In this document: positions 36,687 through 44,650 of the stretch, piece after piece
How the letters are laid out: every line of letters starts with the position of its first letter
How positions within the stretch are numbered: position 1 is the stretch's first letter
Assembly (NCBI GenBank): GCA_035279585.1
Contig: DATEHN010000108.1
Coordinates: 11,554-75,553, forward strand
From: Candidatus Angelobacter sp.
Lineage (GTDB): Bacteria > Acidobacteriota > Terriglobia > Terriglobales > Acidobacteriaceae
Length of the DNA: 64,000 nt
Reading direction: 5' to 3'
Notes under the pieces: model-generated
Databases searched by the model: none
What the model was told of the DNA's origin: nothing
The model's input: only the letters and a program-made list of their open reading frames with translations
Program-made: the position numbers and the translations under genes

Positions 36687-36730
36687 GCGGGGCTGCTCAC
36701 GGTTCGAAAACCAGCCGCCCCGCCATTTTT
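36687..36730 (+). terminator. Hairpin plus T-run between precursor and synthetase genes (candidate attenuator / partial terminator)
   Basis: GCGGGGCTG (36687-36695) pairs with CAGCCGCCCCGC (36712-36723) with one bulge, followed by CATTTTT (T5 at 36726-36730). Confidence 0.4.
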
Positions 36731-36808
36731 CCCAGGAAACCCAGTTTTCAATCTACTTTGACTATATAGAAAGCTAGTCGAGTTTTATGTTGTAACTGGA
36801 AGGAAATC

Positions 36809-39547
36809 ATGCGCAGCAGACCGACCCTCTTGTACGAACTGCTCGATCGAGATTACTACGAGACATTCGATGCCTACGTGCCGGAGAAGGCGGATTTTTA
36901 TCATGCTGTCGATTCCAGGCTTCCCGCGGGATGGGAAATTCAGCGCCAAAATGTCTGGTTCCAATGCGGATCACCCGACAATGTGGTGCCGCAACAGGGC
37001 TGGAAAATCCATGTCTCCGCAACCTGCAAGGATGCCCGTGGCACTCTCGAGCGTGTCGTCACCGTGCTGTTTCGGAGAAAGGACACGGCCTTCAAATTTG
37101 CGCTCGACCGGGTTTCGCTTGCTCTCCTCAACAGCAAAGGCTGGACGCGTGGCGGAGCGGGCAAATTCATTACCATTTATCCGAAAGATATTCAATGTTT
37201 CTTGGAGCTGCTGGAAGAACTCCATAGCGTAACGCGCGGTCAAGCCGGCCCCTATATCTTGTCTGACTATCGATATGGCGCCGACGGCGTCGTCTTCTAT
37301 CGTTATGGTGGAATGCGCGCACGTTACAGTCTCAACGTAAGAGGAGAGCTCGTCCCCGTGCTGCTCGCCCCTGACGGTACAGAAACTCCGGACCGCCGCC
37401 TTCCCTTTCCCGTGACGCCCCCTTGGGCTGACGTTCCATTTCCTGCAGTCTCCGGTGAGGATACTCAATCAGGGGAGCTGATGCTCCTGCAAAACGGCAG
37501 ATACGAGATCCAAAATGTGATGGCGTTTTCCAATGCCGGCGGAGTGTATCGTGCTATCGACCGGCACACTGGGCTCCATGTAGTCCTAAAGGAGGCCCGT
37601 CCGCATGTTGGTCCTGCTAACTGTGGTATTGATGCAATAGAGCTATTGAAAAAAGAACACCGCTTGCTGACGATCCTGAGCGATAGCGGCATTGCACCCA
37701 GGCCCAATGACCTTTTTCAGGAATGGGAACACTGGTTCTTGGTCGAGGAATTCATCGAGGGAGTGACTCTGGCGAATCATTCCTTACAGCATAATATTCT
37801 GCTGCGCACCAGACCATGCTCTGACGATCTACAGCAGTGGTTAACTACGTTTTCGAGTGTCGCCTTGAATCTCATCAAGACCATTGAAATCTTGCATGAC
37901 CATGGAATTGTATTCGGCGACCTTTCCCCCAATAACCTGATCGTCAAACCAGGCACCAATGACTTGTGCGTGATTGATTTCGAAGCAGCGCAGCAGATAG
38001 GCATAGACGCGCCCCTCGTGCTCTACACTCCCGGCTTCGCCTCTAAGCAGCGAATGTCCAGCGGAGCTGCCACTTTTGCCGAAGATTATTATGCCTTGGG
38101 GGCCGTCCTGAGTTCATATCTTCTGCCATTGAATGGTCTGTTCCAGTTCCGTCCTGAAGCCAAAACGGATGTTCTCCGTTCCATTGCAATTGACCTTCAT
38201 CTGCCGGCCAATATTGTTGATGCCATTCTGCGGCTCCTCAGCTCGGAGCCTGCCGAGCGCCCAACACCGAAAATGCTCACGCAACTCTTCACCACTCCAT
38301 GTGAACCCATGAATGTTCCTTCCAACGCGGCGCGCATCGACTACGGCGCATTGATAGGAGATATTGAGGGCCATATCCTCAATTCAGCAACTTACAAGCG
38401 CCATGACAGGCTGTTTCCCGCCGATGCGTCACTGTTCGCGACAAATCCTCTAAGCTTGTCCCATGGGGCGGCCGGGGTCGCCTACGCGTTGCATCGGATT
38501 TCTGATCAGTTTCCCGAGCGGGCCGTTGACTGGATCCTTCAGCATAAGATTACGAACAACGCGTATCCGCCTGGCTTATACATTGGGTCCTCGGGAATAG
38601 CTTGGTGTCTGCTTGAACTTGGCCTTCAAAAGGAAGCCGAGAAGATATTTCAGCTCACATTGTCCAGCCCTCTTCGATATAAGGCCGCAGACTTGTTTTA
38701 TGGCATGGCCGGCAACGGATTAACCGCATTGCGTTTCTTCATGGATACTCAAAATGAGTCATACCTGGATTGTGCAATCGGCGCTGGTGAAGAGCTGCTA
38801 CGAACAGGCTGCAGAAGCGGCAACGGGCTTTACTGGCCGGATGGTTCGGAAATACGGCTAGGCATGGCACATGGCGCGAGCGGAATAGCACTCTTTTTGC
38901 TTTATCTCTTCATGATAACTGAGGATGCTCGTTTCCTCGCCGCAGGGCAGGGCGCTCTGAATTTCGATTTAAGTTTCGCGCGTGAGACCAGGGATGAAGG
39001 ACTTTCCTGGGCACATTCCGATCATGTTGCATCTCCCCTCTATCCATACTGGCGCTTTGGGAGCGCCGGCGTGGGCGCCGTTGTATTGCGCTACTACAGG
39101 TTGCTTAGAGACCCCCAGTATCGATCCCTCCTCGAACAGATTTTCATCGAGGTGGATCGGAAGTATGCCGTTTTAACAGGGCAGTTCATGGGATTGTCCG
39201 GGCTTGGCGAGTTCTCGCTTGATCTTTACGAGTATTTTGGCGAGGAGAGATTTTTGAACAGCGCCAGAAAGGCTGCGGAGGGAATCATGCTCTTTCGCGT
39301 CGACCGCGCTGGCATCGCATTTCCGGGCGATCAACTTCTACGCCTTTCCTGCGACTATGGGACGGGAAGTGCCGGTGTTGCTTTGTTCTTGAACCGTCTC
39401 GCAGGCCGCCAGGGCAACAATTTCATGTTGGATTCTCTTTTCCATCTTCCCGCCGGCCTGCCCGAAAATACCCTGTCACCTTCGCAGCAACATTCCATTG
39501 CTCTTTATGATGTCATGCATCATCAATACATCCATTCCGGATGGTAG
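36809..39547 (+). CDS. Class III lanthipeptide synthetase LanKC (lyase - Ser/Thr kinase - zinc-ligand-less LanC-like cyclase)
   Basis: The RBS GGAAGGA precedes the ATG. N-terminal lyase motif QGWKIHVSA. Kinase motifs VVLKEARPHVG, GIVFGDLSPNNLIV and VIDFEAA. The C-terminal LanC-like repeats carry GMAHGASGIALFL, but YWRFGSAG replaces WCxG and SCDYGTGSAG replaces CHG, so the Zn ligand set is incomplete. That points to class III rather than class IV. Confidence 0.85.
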   Translation: MRSRPTLLYELLDRDYYETFDAYVPEKADFYHAVDSRLPAGWEIQRQNVWFQCGSPDNVVPQQGWKIHVSATCKDARGTLERVVTVLFRRKDTAFKFALDRVSLALLNSKGWTRGGAGKFITIYPKDIQCFLELLEELHSVTRGQAGPYILSDYRYGADGVVFYRYGGMRARYSLNVRGELVPVLLAPDGTETPDRRLPFPVTPPWADVPFPAVSGEDTQSGELMLLQNGRYEIQNVMAFSNAGGVYRAIDRHTGLHVVLKEARPHVGPANCGIDAIELLKKEHRLLTILSDSGIAPRPNDLFQEWEHWFLVEEFIEGVTLANHSLQHNILLRTRPCSDDLQQWLTTFSSVALNLIKTIEILHDHGIVFGDLSPNNLIVKPGTNDLCVIDFEAAQQIGIDAPLVLYTPGFASKQRMSSGAATFAEDYYALGAVLSSYLLPLNGLFQFRPEAKTDVLRSIAIDLHLPANIVDAILRLLSSEPAERPTPKMLTQLFTTPCEPMNVPSNAARIDYGALIGDIEGHILNSATYKRHDRLFPADASLFATNPLSLSHGAAGVAYALHRISDQFPERAVDWILQHKITNNAYPPGLYIGSSGIAWCLLELGLQKEAEKIFQLTLSSPLRYKAADLFYGMAGNGLTALRFFMDTQNESYLDCAIGAGEELLRTGCRSGNGLYWPDGSEIRLGMAHGASGIALFLLYLFMITEDARFLAAGQGALNFDLSFARETRDEGLSWAHSDHVASPLYPYWRFGSAGVGAVVLRYYRLLRDPQYRSLLEQIFIEVDRKYAVLTGQFMGLSGLGEFSLDLYEYFGEERFLNSARKAAEGIMLFRVDRAGIAFPGDQLLRLSCDYGTGSAGVALFLNRLAGRQGNNFMLDSLFHLPAGLPENTLSPSQQHSIALYDVMHHQYIHSGW

Positions 39548-39654
39548 TAGAAAGCAGCTTCTATCCACAAACGCAGCTCCGGCTATTAGAGTGACAACTG
39601 ATTGGGTGCGATCAGGATTTTGTCGAGGCCGAAGCCGGATGGAGTTTCTCGCCA

Positions 39655-40059
39655 TCAATCATTAAGGCCTTCCCCAACCAACGCGAGCATGTCTAAAAAG
39701 TCCCACAGTTCCGCAATTCGGCCATCAGCAAATCGGTAGATGCTGGCGCCGTCAATGCGTTTCTTCTTGCCCGAGGGCGGGATCCCCATAAAATCATTGG
39801 TATGTGTGCCAACAAGCTGATATCGGACCGCAACCTTGTCTCCCTCCCACAGCCAGTCTTTTGAAAGGAACTGGGCGTCCGGAAAAGCCGCCAGGAAATG
39901 CCTTACGTACGCCTTGAAAGAGGCTACTCCTTTGAATGAGCCCGAGCTGCCGTGACGCGTAAAATCCTGGTGCAACACGTCCCCGGCTTGCTCCACCCGG
40001 TCAACGTGCCAAAGCTTGTTGTATTGCATTAGCAAAGATGCATTAATACTTTCGCTCAT
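39655..40059 (-). CDS. SnoaL-like polyketide cyclase / predicted ester cyclase family protein
   Basis: 134 aa with the pattern DFTRHGS...AFPDAQF...VRYQLVGTHTNDFMGIPPSGKKKRIDGASIYRFADGRIAELWDFLD, typical of the SnoaL/ester-cyclase fold. Confidence 0.7.
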   Translation of the reverse strand: MSESINASLLMQYNKLWHVDRVEQAGDVLHQDFTRHGSSGSFKGVASFKAYVRHFLAAFPDAQFLSKDWLWEGDKVAVRYQLVGTHTNDFMGIPPSGKKKRIDGASIYRFADGRIAELWDFLDMLALVGEGLND

Positions 40060-40080
40060 TTGTAGGCCTTGCTCCTGCTA

Positions 40081-40419
<339 letters not shown>

Positions 40420-40466
40420 AGTTCCTAGGGAACAGATTCCTAATCATTAATCTCTCTTTGAGTTGG

Positions 40467-41069
40467 TTATCCTTGCCGGACCGCTATACCAGACTTGCGA
40501 TATTTGCGAGCGCACCAGTGAACAAAGCGGCTCGTCAATAAAACAAGCCCACAGCCCAGGGCCAGGCCGATCGGTACGACCCACCAACCGAGAAGGTCTC
40601 GGCCGCCGGCAGGTGGGCTGCCAAAGCCGAGACGAAAAGATATGTCGCCGTTCGAAAGCACCCATACTCCCGCGCTGCGATGGAGTGGTTTCAGTAGCGC
40701 GCAAAGAACAAGGACCAATCCCAAAAAGTACATGGAGATTAATCCTATCAGTGCAAGAAGACCGTTGATGCTCAAAGGGGCCCAACAAAGAAGAACTGGA
40801 AAGAGCCAGGCCGGTGACCGGCTGACAGCCTGCCGGCTCAAGATGCCTGCGAGATACTGGCTAGCCACTTCTTCCGGTGGTCCTATCGATGCCAGCACCT
40901 GGTCTACGGCGTCGGCAGAGACCTCTCCTTTCTCAGCCAGCTTGGCCATGATCTCGCTGCGCACTTCGCTGATCATCTTCTCCACGTCCTGGCTCTTCAA
41001 TTTTCGCAAGTGAGAGCGCAATCTTGAAAGAAACGCTTCTATCTTTTGTTGCGCATCGTCTTTCATCAT
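40467..41069 (-). CDS. DUF1700/HAAS-like membrane protein
   Basis: From ATG 41069 the product reads MMKDDAQQKIEAFLSRLRSHLRKLKSQDVEKMISEVRSEI...VLASIGPPEEVASQY, a DUF1700-type N-terminal helical domain. About 4 TM helices follow. The longer ORF-track start would overlap the halogenase gene. Confidence 0.5.
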   Translation of the reverse strand: MMKDDAQQKIEAFLSRLRSHLRKLKSQDVEKMISEVRSEIMAKLAEKGEVSADAVDQVLASIGPPEEVASQYLAGILSRQAVSRSPAWLFPVLLCWAPLSINGLLALIGLISMYFLGLVLVLCALLKPLHRSAGVWVLSNGDISFRLGFGSPPAGGRDLLGWWVVPIGLALGCGLVLLTSRFVHWCARKYRKSGIAVRQG

Positions 41070-41152
41070 CAATTCGAACCTGTTCCCTTTCTCAAAAATC
41101 CGACCCGCAGGCTGCTCGGGGTTCAGTTGGATTGTATTGCATGGCAATCCAT

Positions 41153-42865
41153 TCATTTTGGCTGCAGAACGCAAAGGCCATTTGAATTACCATTGCTGTA
41201 CAGTGGCGGCAGAGTGGCCGGCGGGAGTCCGGCCTTTTCGATAGGATCAGACCCGCGATACGGCGCCTTGGTTCCACCATAACGTGTACTGAGGTAATCG
41301 TAGACATGCGGCAGTGTTTTGACCAGGTTCTCAGACCGCCTGCGAAGCTCGTCGAAGGCTGCAAAAACCTGAGCTGTGGGCAAATGATCCAGGATCGCCA
41401 GTCCGCGCTTTGGCGCTGCGCCCAGTCCAATCAACATCGAACTGTAGGAATATGCGGTGAAACCGTGGAAATTAGGATTGATGGTTCGGTCGGTTGGCAG
41501 ACGTTCTTTCCACAACTGCAACCGTTCTTTCAGGCCATCGGGTACGACCAGATCGTGCTTTGTGGCTTTCCAGAAGTCGGTATCATCCCTGGTCCCAATT
41601 ACATAATGCATGGTCAGAAATTCGCGAACGCCATCAATGCAATCCGCAACCGCCTTGTTGTAGCTCTTGACGCTGGCCTCGTCGTAGCCGTGTCTGGGAA
41701 AATAATTCACAAGTTGCTCGATCCCGTGGTGAATAAAGAAAATGCCCGTTGACTCCAGGGGTTCTACGAAACCGCTGGCAAGCCCGATTGCCACACAGTT
41801 CTTCACCCATGATCTTGCCGACCTGCCGACTCTCATCTTGATATGCGATGCGCGGCACCCATCGGCCTTCTTGCCTAGATGGTTACGGAACTCCTGCTCC
41901 GCAGCTTCAGGGCTGGTAAAAGCGCTCGAATATACGTACCCTGTGCCGGTTCGATGATAAAGGGGGATCTTCCAGACCCAGCCTGAACTCAAGGCTGTGG
42001 CGGTGGTGTAAGGCTCCATAATATGGTCCGCATGATCGCCGGACACCTGCATGGCAATGGCGCTGTCACAAGGCAGCGACTCGTTGAACGAAATGAAGGG
42101 CTCCTTGAGCGCCCGATTAATCAGCAATCCGCGGAACCCGGTACAGTCAATGAACAGATCACCTTCAATTTCGCCATGGTCTTTGGTCACAATCGACAGA
42201 ATTCGGCCGTCCTCCCCGAGTCTTACGTCTACAACATCATCGAGTACTTGCCGCACACCCTGCTTTTGCGCATAGCCGGTCAAGTATCTCGCGAGTAAAG
42301 AGGCGTCGAAATGATAGGCATAGGGATACTGGATCCTGAGGTCATCCACAAACAATGATTCGTTGTTTGTCTCTGACCCGTTGATGTATCCATCCACCTT
42401 CCGATCAAAAGAATAGCCGTTGAAGTAACGGGGCGACCTTTGCGCATCACAGATTGCCGGGATAGAAAAACATGCATAATCGAACGGCGCGCCCAGTTGA
42501 TCTCTCAGTTTGAGCCACCATTCAATGGTGCTCCATCCCTGCACCAGATCGAATTTCTGAAATGGGTGGTAAAAGTGGCGCCGTTCGCGGTTCCAATTTT
42601 CAAACCGGATCGCGAGTTTGTAGCCGGCGTGGCACTCCGGCATCCAGTCTTCCTCGCGTAAGCCGAGGAACTCGAAAAACAAGTGGATGTAGCTGAAAGT
42701 TGCTTCGCCCACGCCGATGCTGTGGATGTCAGGCGACTCTACGAGTGAAATATCCACCTTGCGGCCGAAGGCTTTGCCGAGGAAAGATGCGGTCATCCAA
42801 CCAGACGAGCCTCCTCCCACGATGACGACTTTGAATTTTCTTTCACTTCCATTGCTGATATCCAT
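41153..42865 (-). CDS. Flavin-dependent (tryptophan-halogenase family) halogenase
   Basis: ATG 42865 is preceded by AAGGATGGAAG. FAD motif VVIVGGGSSGWMTA, then SIGVGEAT. The catalytic-Lys context is AGYKLAIRF and the WxWxIP motif reads GWVWKIPL. Confidence 0.85.
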   Translation of the reverse strand: MDISNGSERKFKVVIVGGGSSGWMTASFLGKAFGRKVDISLVESPDIHSIGVGEATFSYIHLFFEFLGLREEDWMPECHAGYKLAIRFENWNRERRHFYHPFQKFDLVQGWSTIEWWLKLRDQLGAPFDYACFSIPAICDAQRSPRYFNGYSFDRKVDGYINGSETNNESLFVDDLRIQYPYAYHFDASLLARYLTGYAQKQGVRQVLDDVVDVRLGEDGRILSIVTKDHGEIEGDLFIDCTGFRGLLINRALKEPFISFNESLPCDSAIAMQVSGDHADHIMEPYTTATALSSGWVWKIPLYHRTGTGYVYSSAFTSPEAAEQEFRNHLGKKADGCRASHIKMRVGRSARSWVKNCVAIGLASGFVEPLESTGIFFIHHGIEQLVNYFPRHGYDEASVKSYNKAVADCIDGVREFLTMHYVIGTRDDTDFWKATKHDLVVPDGLKERLQLWKERLPTDRTINPNFHGFTAYSYSSMLIGLGAAPKRGLAILDHLPTAQVFAAFDELRRRSENLVKTLPHVYDYLSTRYGGTKAPYRGSDPIEKAGLPPATLPPLYSNGNSNGLCVLQPK

Positions 42866-42994
42866 AGAATTCTTCCATCCTTTTATAAACACAAGTTGAA
42901 ATATCTGGCCGGCGTTGAAAACGCCGTGCACTATCCGGTTTGCCAGGATCAAGCGGACTTCTGGCAGGGAAATTTTGTGGAGGTGGCTTCGGGT

Positions 42995-44542
42995 CTAACT
43001 GCGGAGATGCCCGCTTCCATGGTTGTGGGAAGAAGGTCCCGCCTCGACCAGTCCCGATTCCAGTTCCGGCTCAAGGCAAAACCTCCTGACCGCTTGTTCC
43101 AGCCGTTCCTGCGCTGTTGCCCAGCAACCGGCCTGGCGCCGGACCGCCCGATATTGGTCGAGCCATGTTTCACGAAGTTTTGCAATCTCCGATGCCAAGT
43201 TTTCTGCGGCGGGGCCACCACCATATCTGGCCCTCGCCACACACGACTTCGGATCAAGGTCATCTGGGACATTTTTGAGAATTCCGGTTTCTGACGAGGC
43301 AAGCTGTTTAAGAGAAGTCATGCCGCGTGCAGCCGCTTCAGACACGGCTCTTCCTACGAAATGATGCGCGGAGCGGAAATCCATTCCGCTTTCCAACACC
43401 ATCTGCACTGCCAGGGCCGTCGCATTGGTGAATCCCTCTTCGGCGCGGCGGAGCATCCGTTCAGGGCAGGGACGCGCCCGAGAAACTATCAGCCGCAGCA
43501 ACGTGGTTGCATCAATAATGTCTCGTATGGCGCCCCAAAGAAACCGCACCGACTCGGTGCCTGTGGCGATGGAGTTCGTAAAAGGTGAATTGCGCATGGC
43601 TGTCGCCGCGGTCACAAATGCCCCCAGCGCCGACGCGGTGCGCCCCTGAACGTGTTCCAGGAGAAATGGATTTCTCTTTTGCGGCATGGCTGAACTTGAG
43701 CCCACTAGTTCGTCAGGAAGCTGCAGGAACTGAAATTCGCCGGTGAGCCACAAAAACAAGTCAGTCGAGACTCGACTCAAGGTGACACCCAGGACCGTTG
43801 CTGCAGAGAGAAAGTGCAGGACCAGGTCGCGGGATGCTACCGCATCTACTGAATTGGGGCGTGACGAAGTGAAACCCAGCAACTCGGCCGTTCGCGCAGT
43901 ACTGATTGGAACAGAGGTGCCGGCTACGGCAGCAGCTCCCAGCGGAGATACGTTCACATCACGCGCTGCGTAAATGATTGCATCCAGGTCCCGGCAAACT
44001 GCTTCGGCCACGCCCGCCAGATAGTGCCCATAGGAAATGGGTTCAGCAGGTTGTCCATGAGTGTAAGCCGGCATCACCGTCGCCGAGTGGGCGGTGGCTT
44101 TGCGAATGAGCACCGCCTGCAGCCGCAACACGGCGTTCACTAGCTGAATATAGGGCTGACGCAGTTTCATGCGGATCAGTGTTGCGTTCAGGTCATTGCG
44201 GGATCGCCCCATCTGCAGCATGCCCCCGGCATTATGCCCTTCTCTTTCGATCAAGTAACCTTCATACATCAGAAACAATCCGCGCCATGAAACCGCTTGC
44301 CTGAGCGGACTGAAATTCAGTTGCCGCAGACGCAGGATCGCCTGCAACAAACACCTGGCCGGATCTGCTTGTACGATTCCTCTTTCAGCCAGCATCAGCA
44401 CATGAGCCATGTCAATGGAACTCATGTCAGGGAGATCAGCGTCAATTTGCTGGCTAAGTTCACCCTGGAATAGAATTCGCCGGGCCGTTGCCGATAACGG
44501 TTTCTGAATTCGCCCCGTGCTGGCGTTTGCGAGCGGCATCAC
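42995..44542 (-). CDS. Argininosuccinate lyase-like (fumarase/aspartase superfamily) lyase
   Basis: 515 aa with three superfamily signatures: GRSRNDL, YTHGQPAEP and GSSSAMPQKRNP. Confidence 0.8.
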   Translation of the reverse strand: MMPLANASTGRIQKPLSATARRILFQGELSQQIDADLPDMSSIDMAHVLMLAERGIVQADPARCLLQAILRLRQLNFSPLRQAVSWRGLFLMYEGYLIEREGHNAGGMLQMGRSRNDLNATLIRMKLRQPYIQLVNAVLRLQAVLIRKATAHSATVMPAYTHGQPAEPISYGHYLAGVAEAVCRDLDAIIYAARDVNVSPLGAAAVAGTSVPISTARTAELLGFTSSRPNSVDAVASRDLVLHFLSAATVLGVTLSRVSTDLFLWLTGEFQFLQLPDELVGSSSAMPQKRNPFLLEHVQGRTASALGAFVTAATAMRNSPFTNSIATGTESVRFLWGAIRDIIDATTLLRLIVSRARPCPERMLRRAEEGFTNATALAVQMVLESGMDFRSAHHFVGRAVSEAAARGMTSLKQLASSETGILKNVPDDLDPKSCVARARYGGGPAAENLASEIAKLRETWLDQYRAVRRQAGCWATAQERLEQAVRRFCLEPELESGLVEAGPSSHNHGSGHLRS

Positions 44543-44650
44543 ATTTCTCTCTTGGGCCCGGAAGACGAAGGCGCAGCGCGATTCGTGCGGTTACGTCAAT
44601 GGGCATCGTGTTCGGACTGGAGTTGCTTCAAAGCTCCGTCAACAACACAG

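Noticed and set aside
36696-36712. GGTTCGAAA string resembling a tRNA T-loop
   Set aside because: It is the loop of the attenuator hairpin. No acceptor, D or anticodon arms can be drawn around it.
36575-36769. ORF-track 64-aa ORF (MDHGLMILNHC...) as the lanthipeptide precursor
   Set aside because: It is in a different frame from the SD-preceded 46-aa ORF and has no ribosome-binding site. It reads straight through the terminator-like hairpin. It lacks both a class III leader motif and a Ser/Ser/Cys ring pattern. The 36538-36678 ORF explains the locus better.
36809-39547. Assignment of the synthetase to class IV (LanL)
   Set aside because: The cyclase domain lacks the full Cys-Cys-His zinc ligand set: WRFG replaces WCxG and CDYG replaces CHG. 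That is the class III hallmark.
41153-42865. Halogenase modifying the neighbouring lanthipeptide, by analogy with chlorinated-Trp lantibiotics
   Set aside because: The predicted core peptide contains no Trp or any other aromatic residue. The halogenase is also embedded in the oppositely oriented NRPS gene string together with its reductase.
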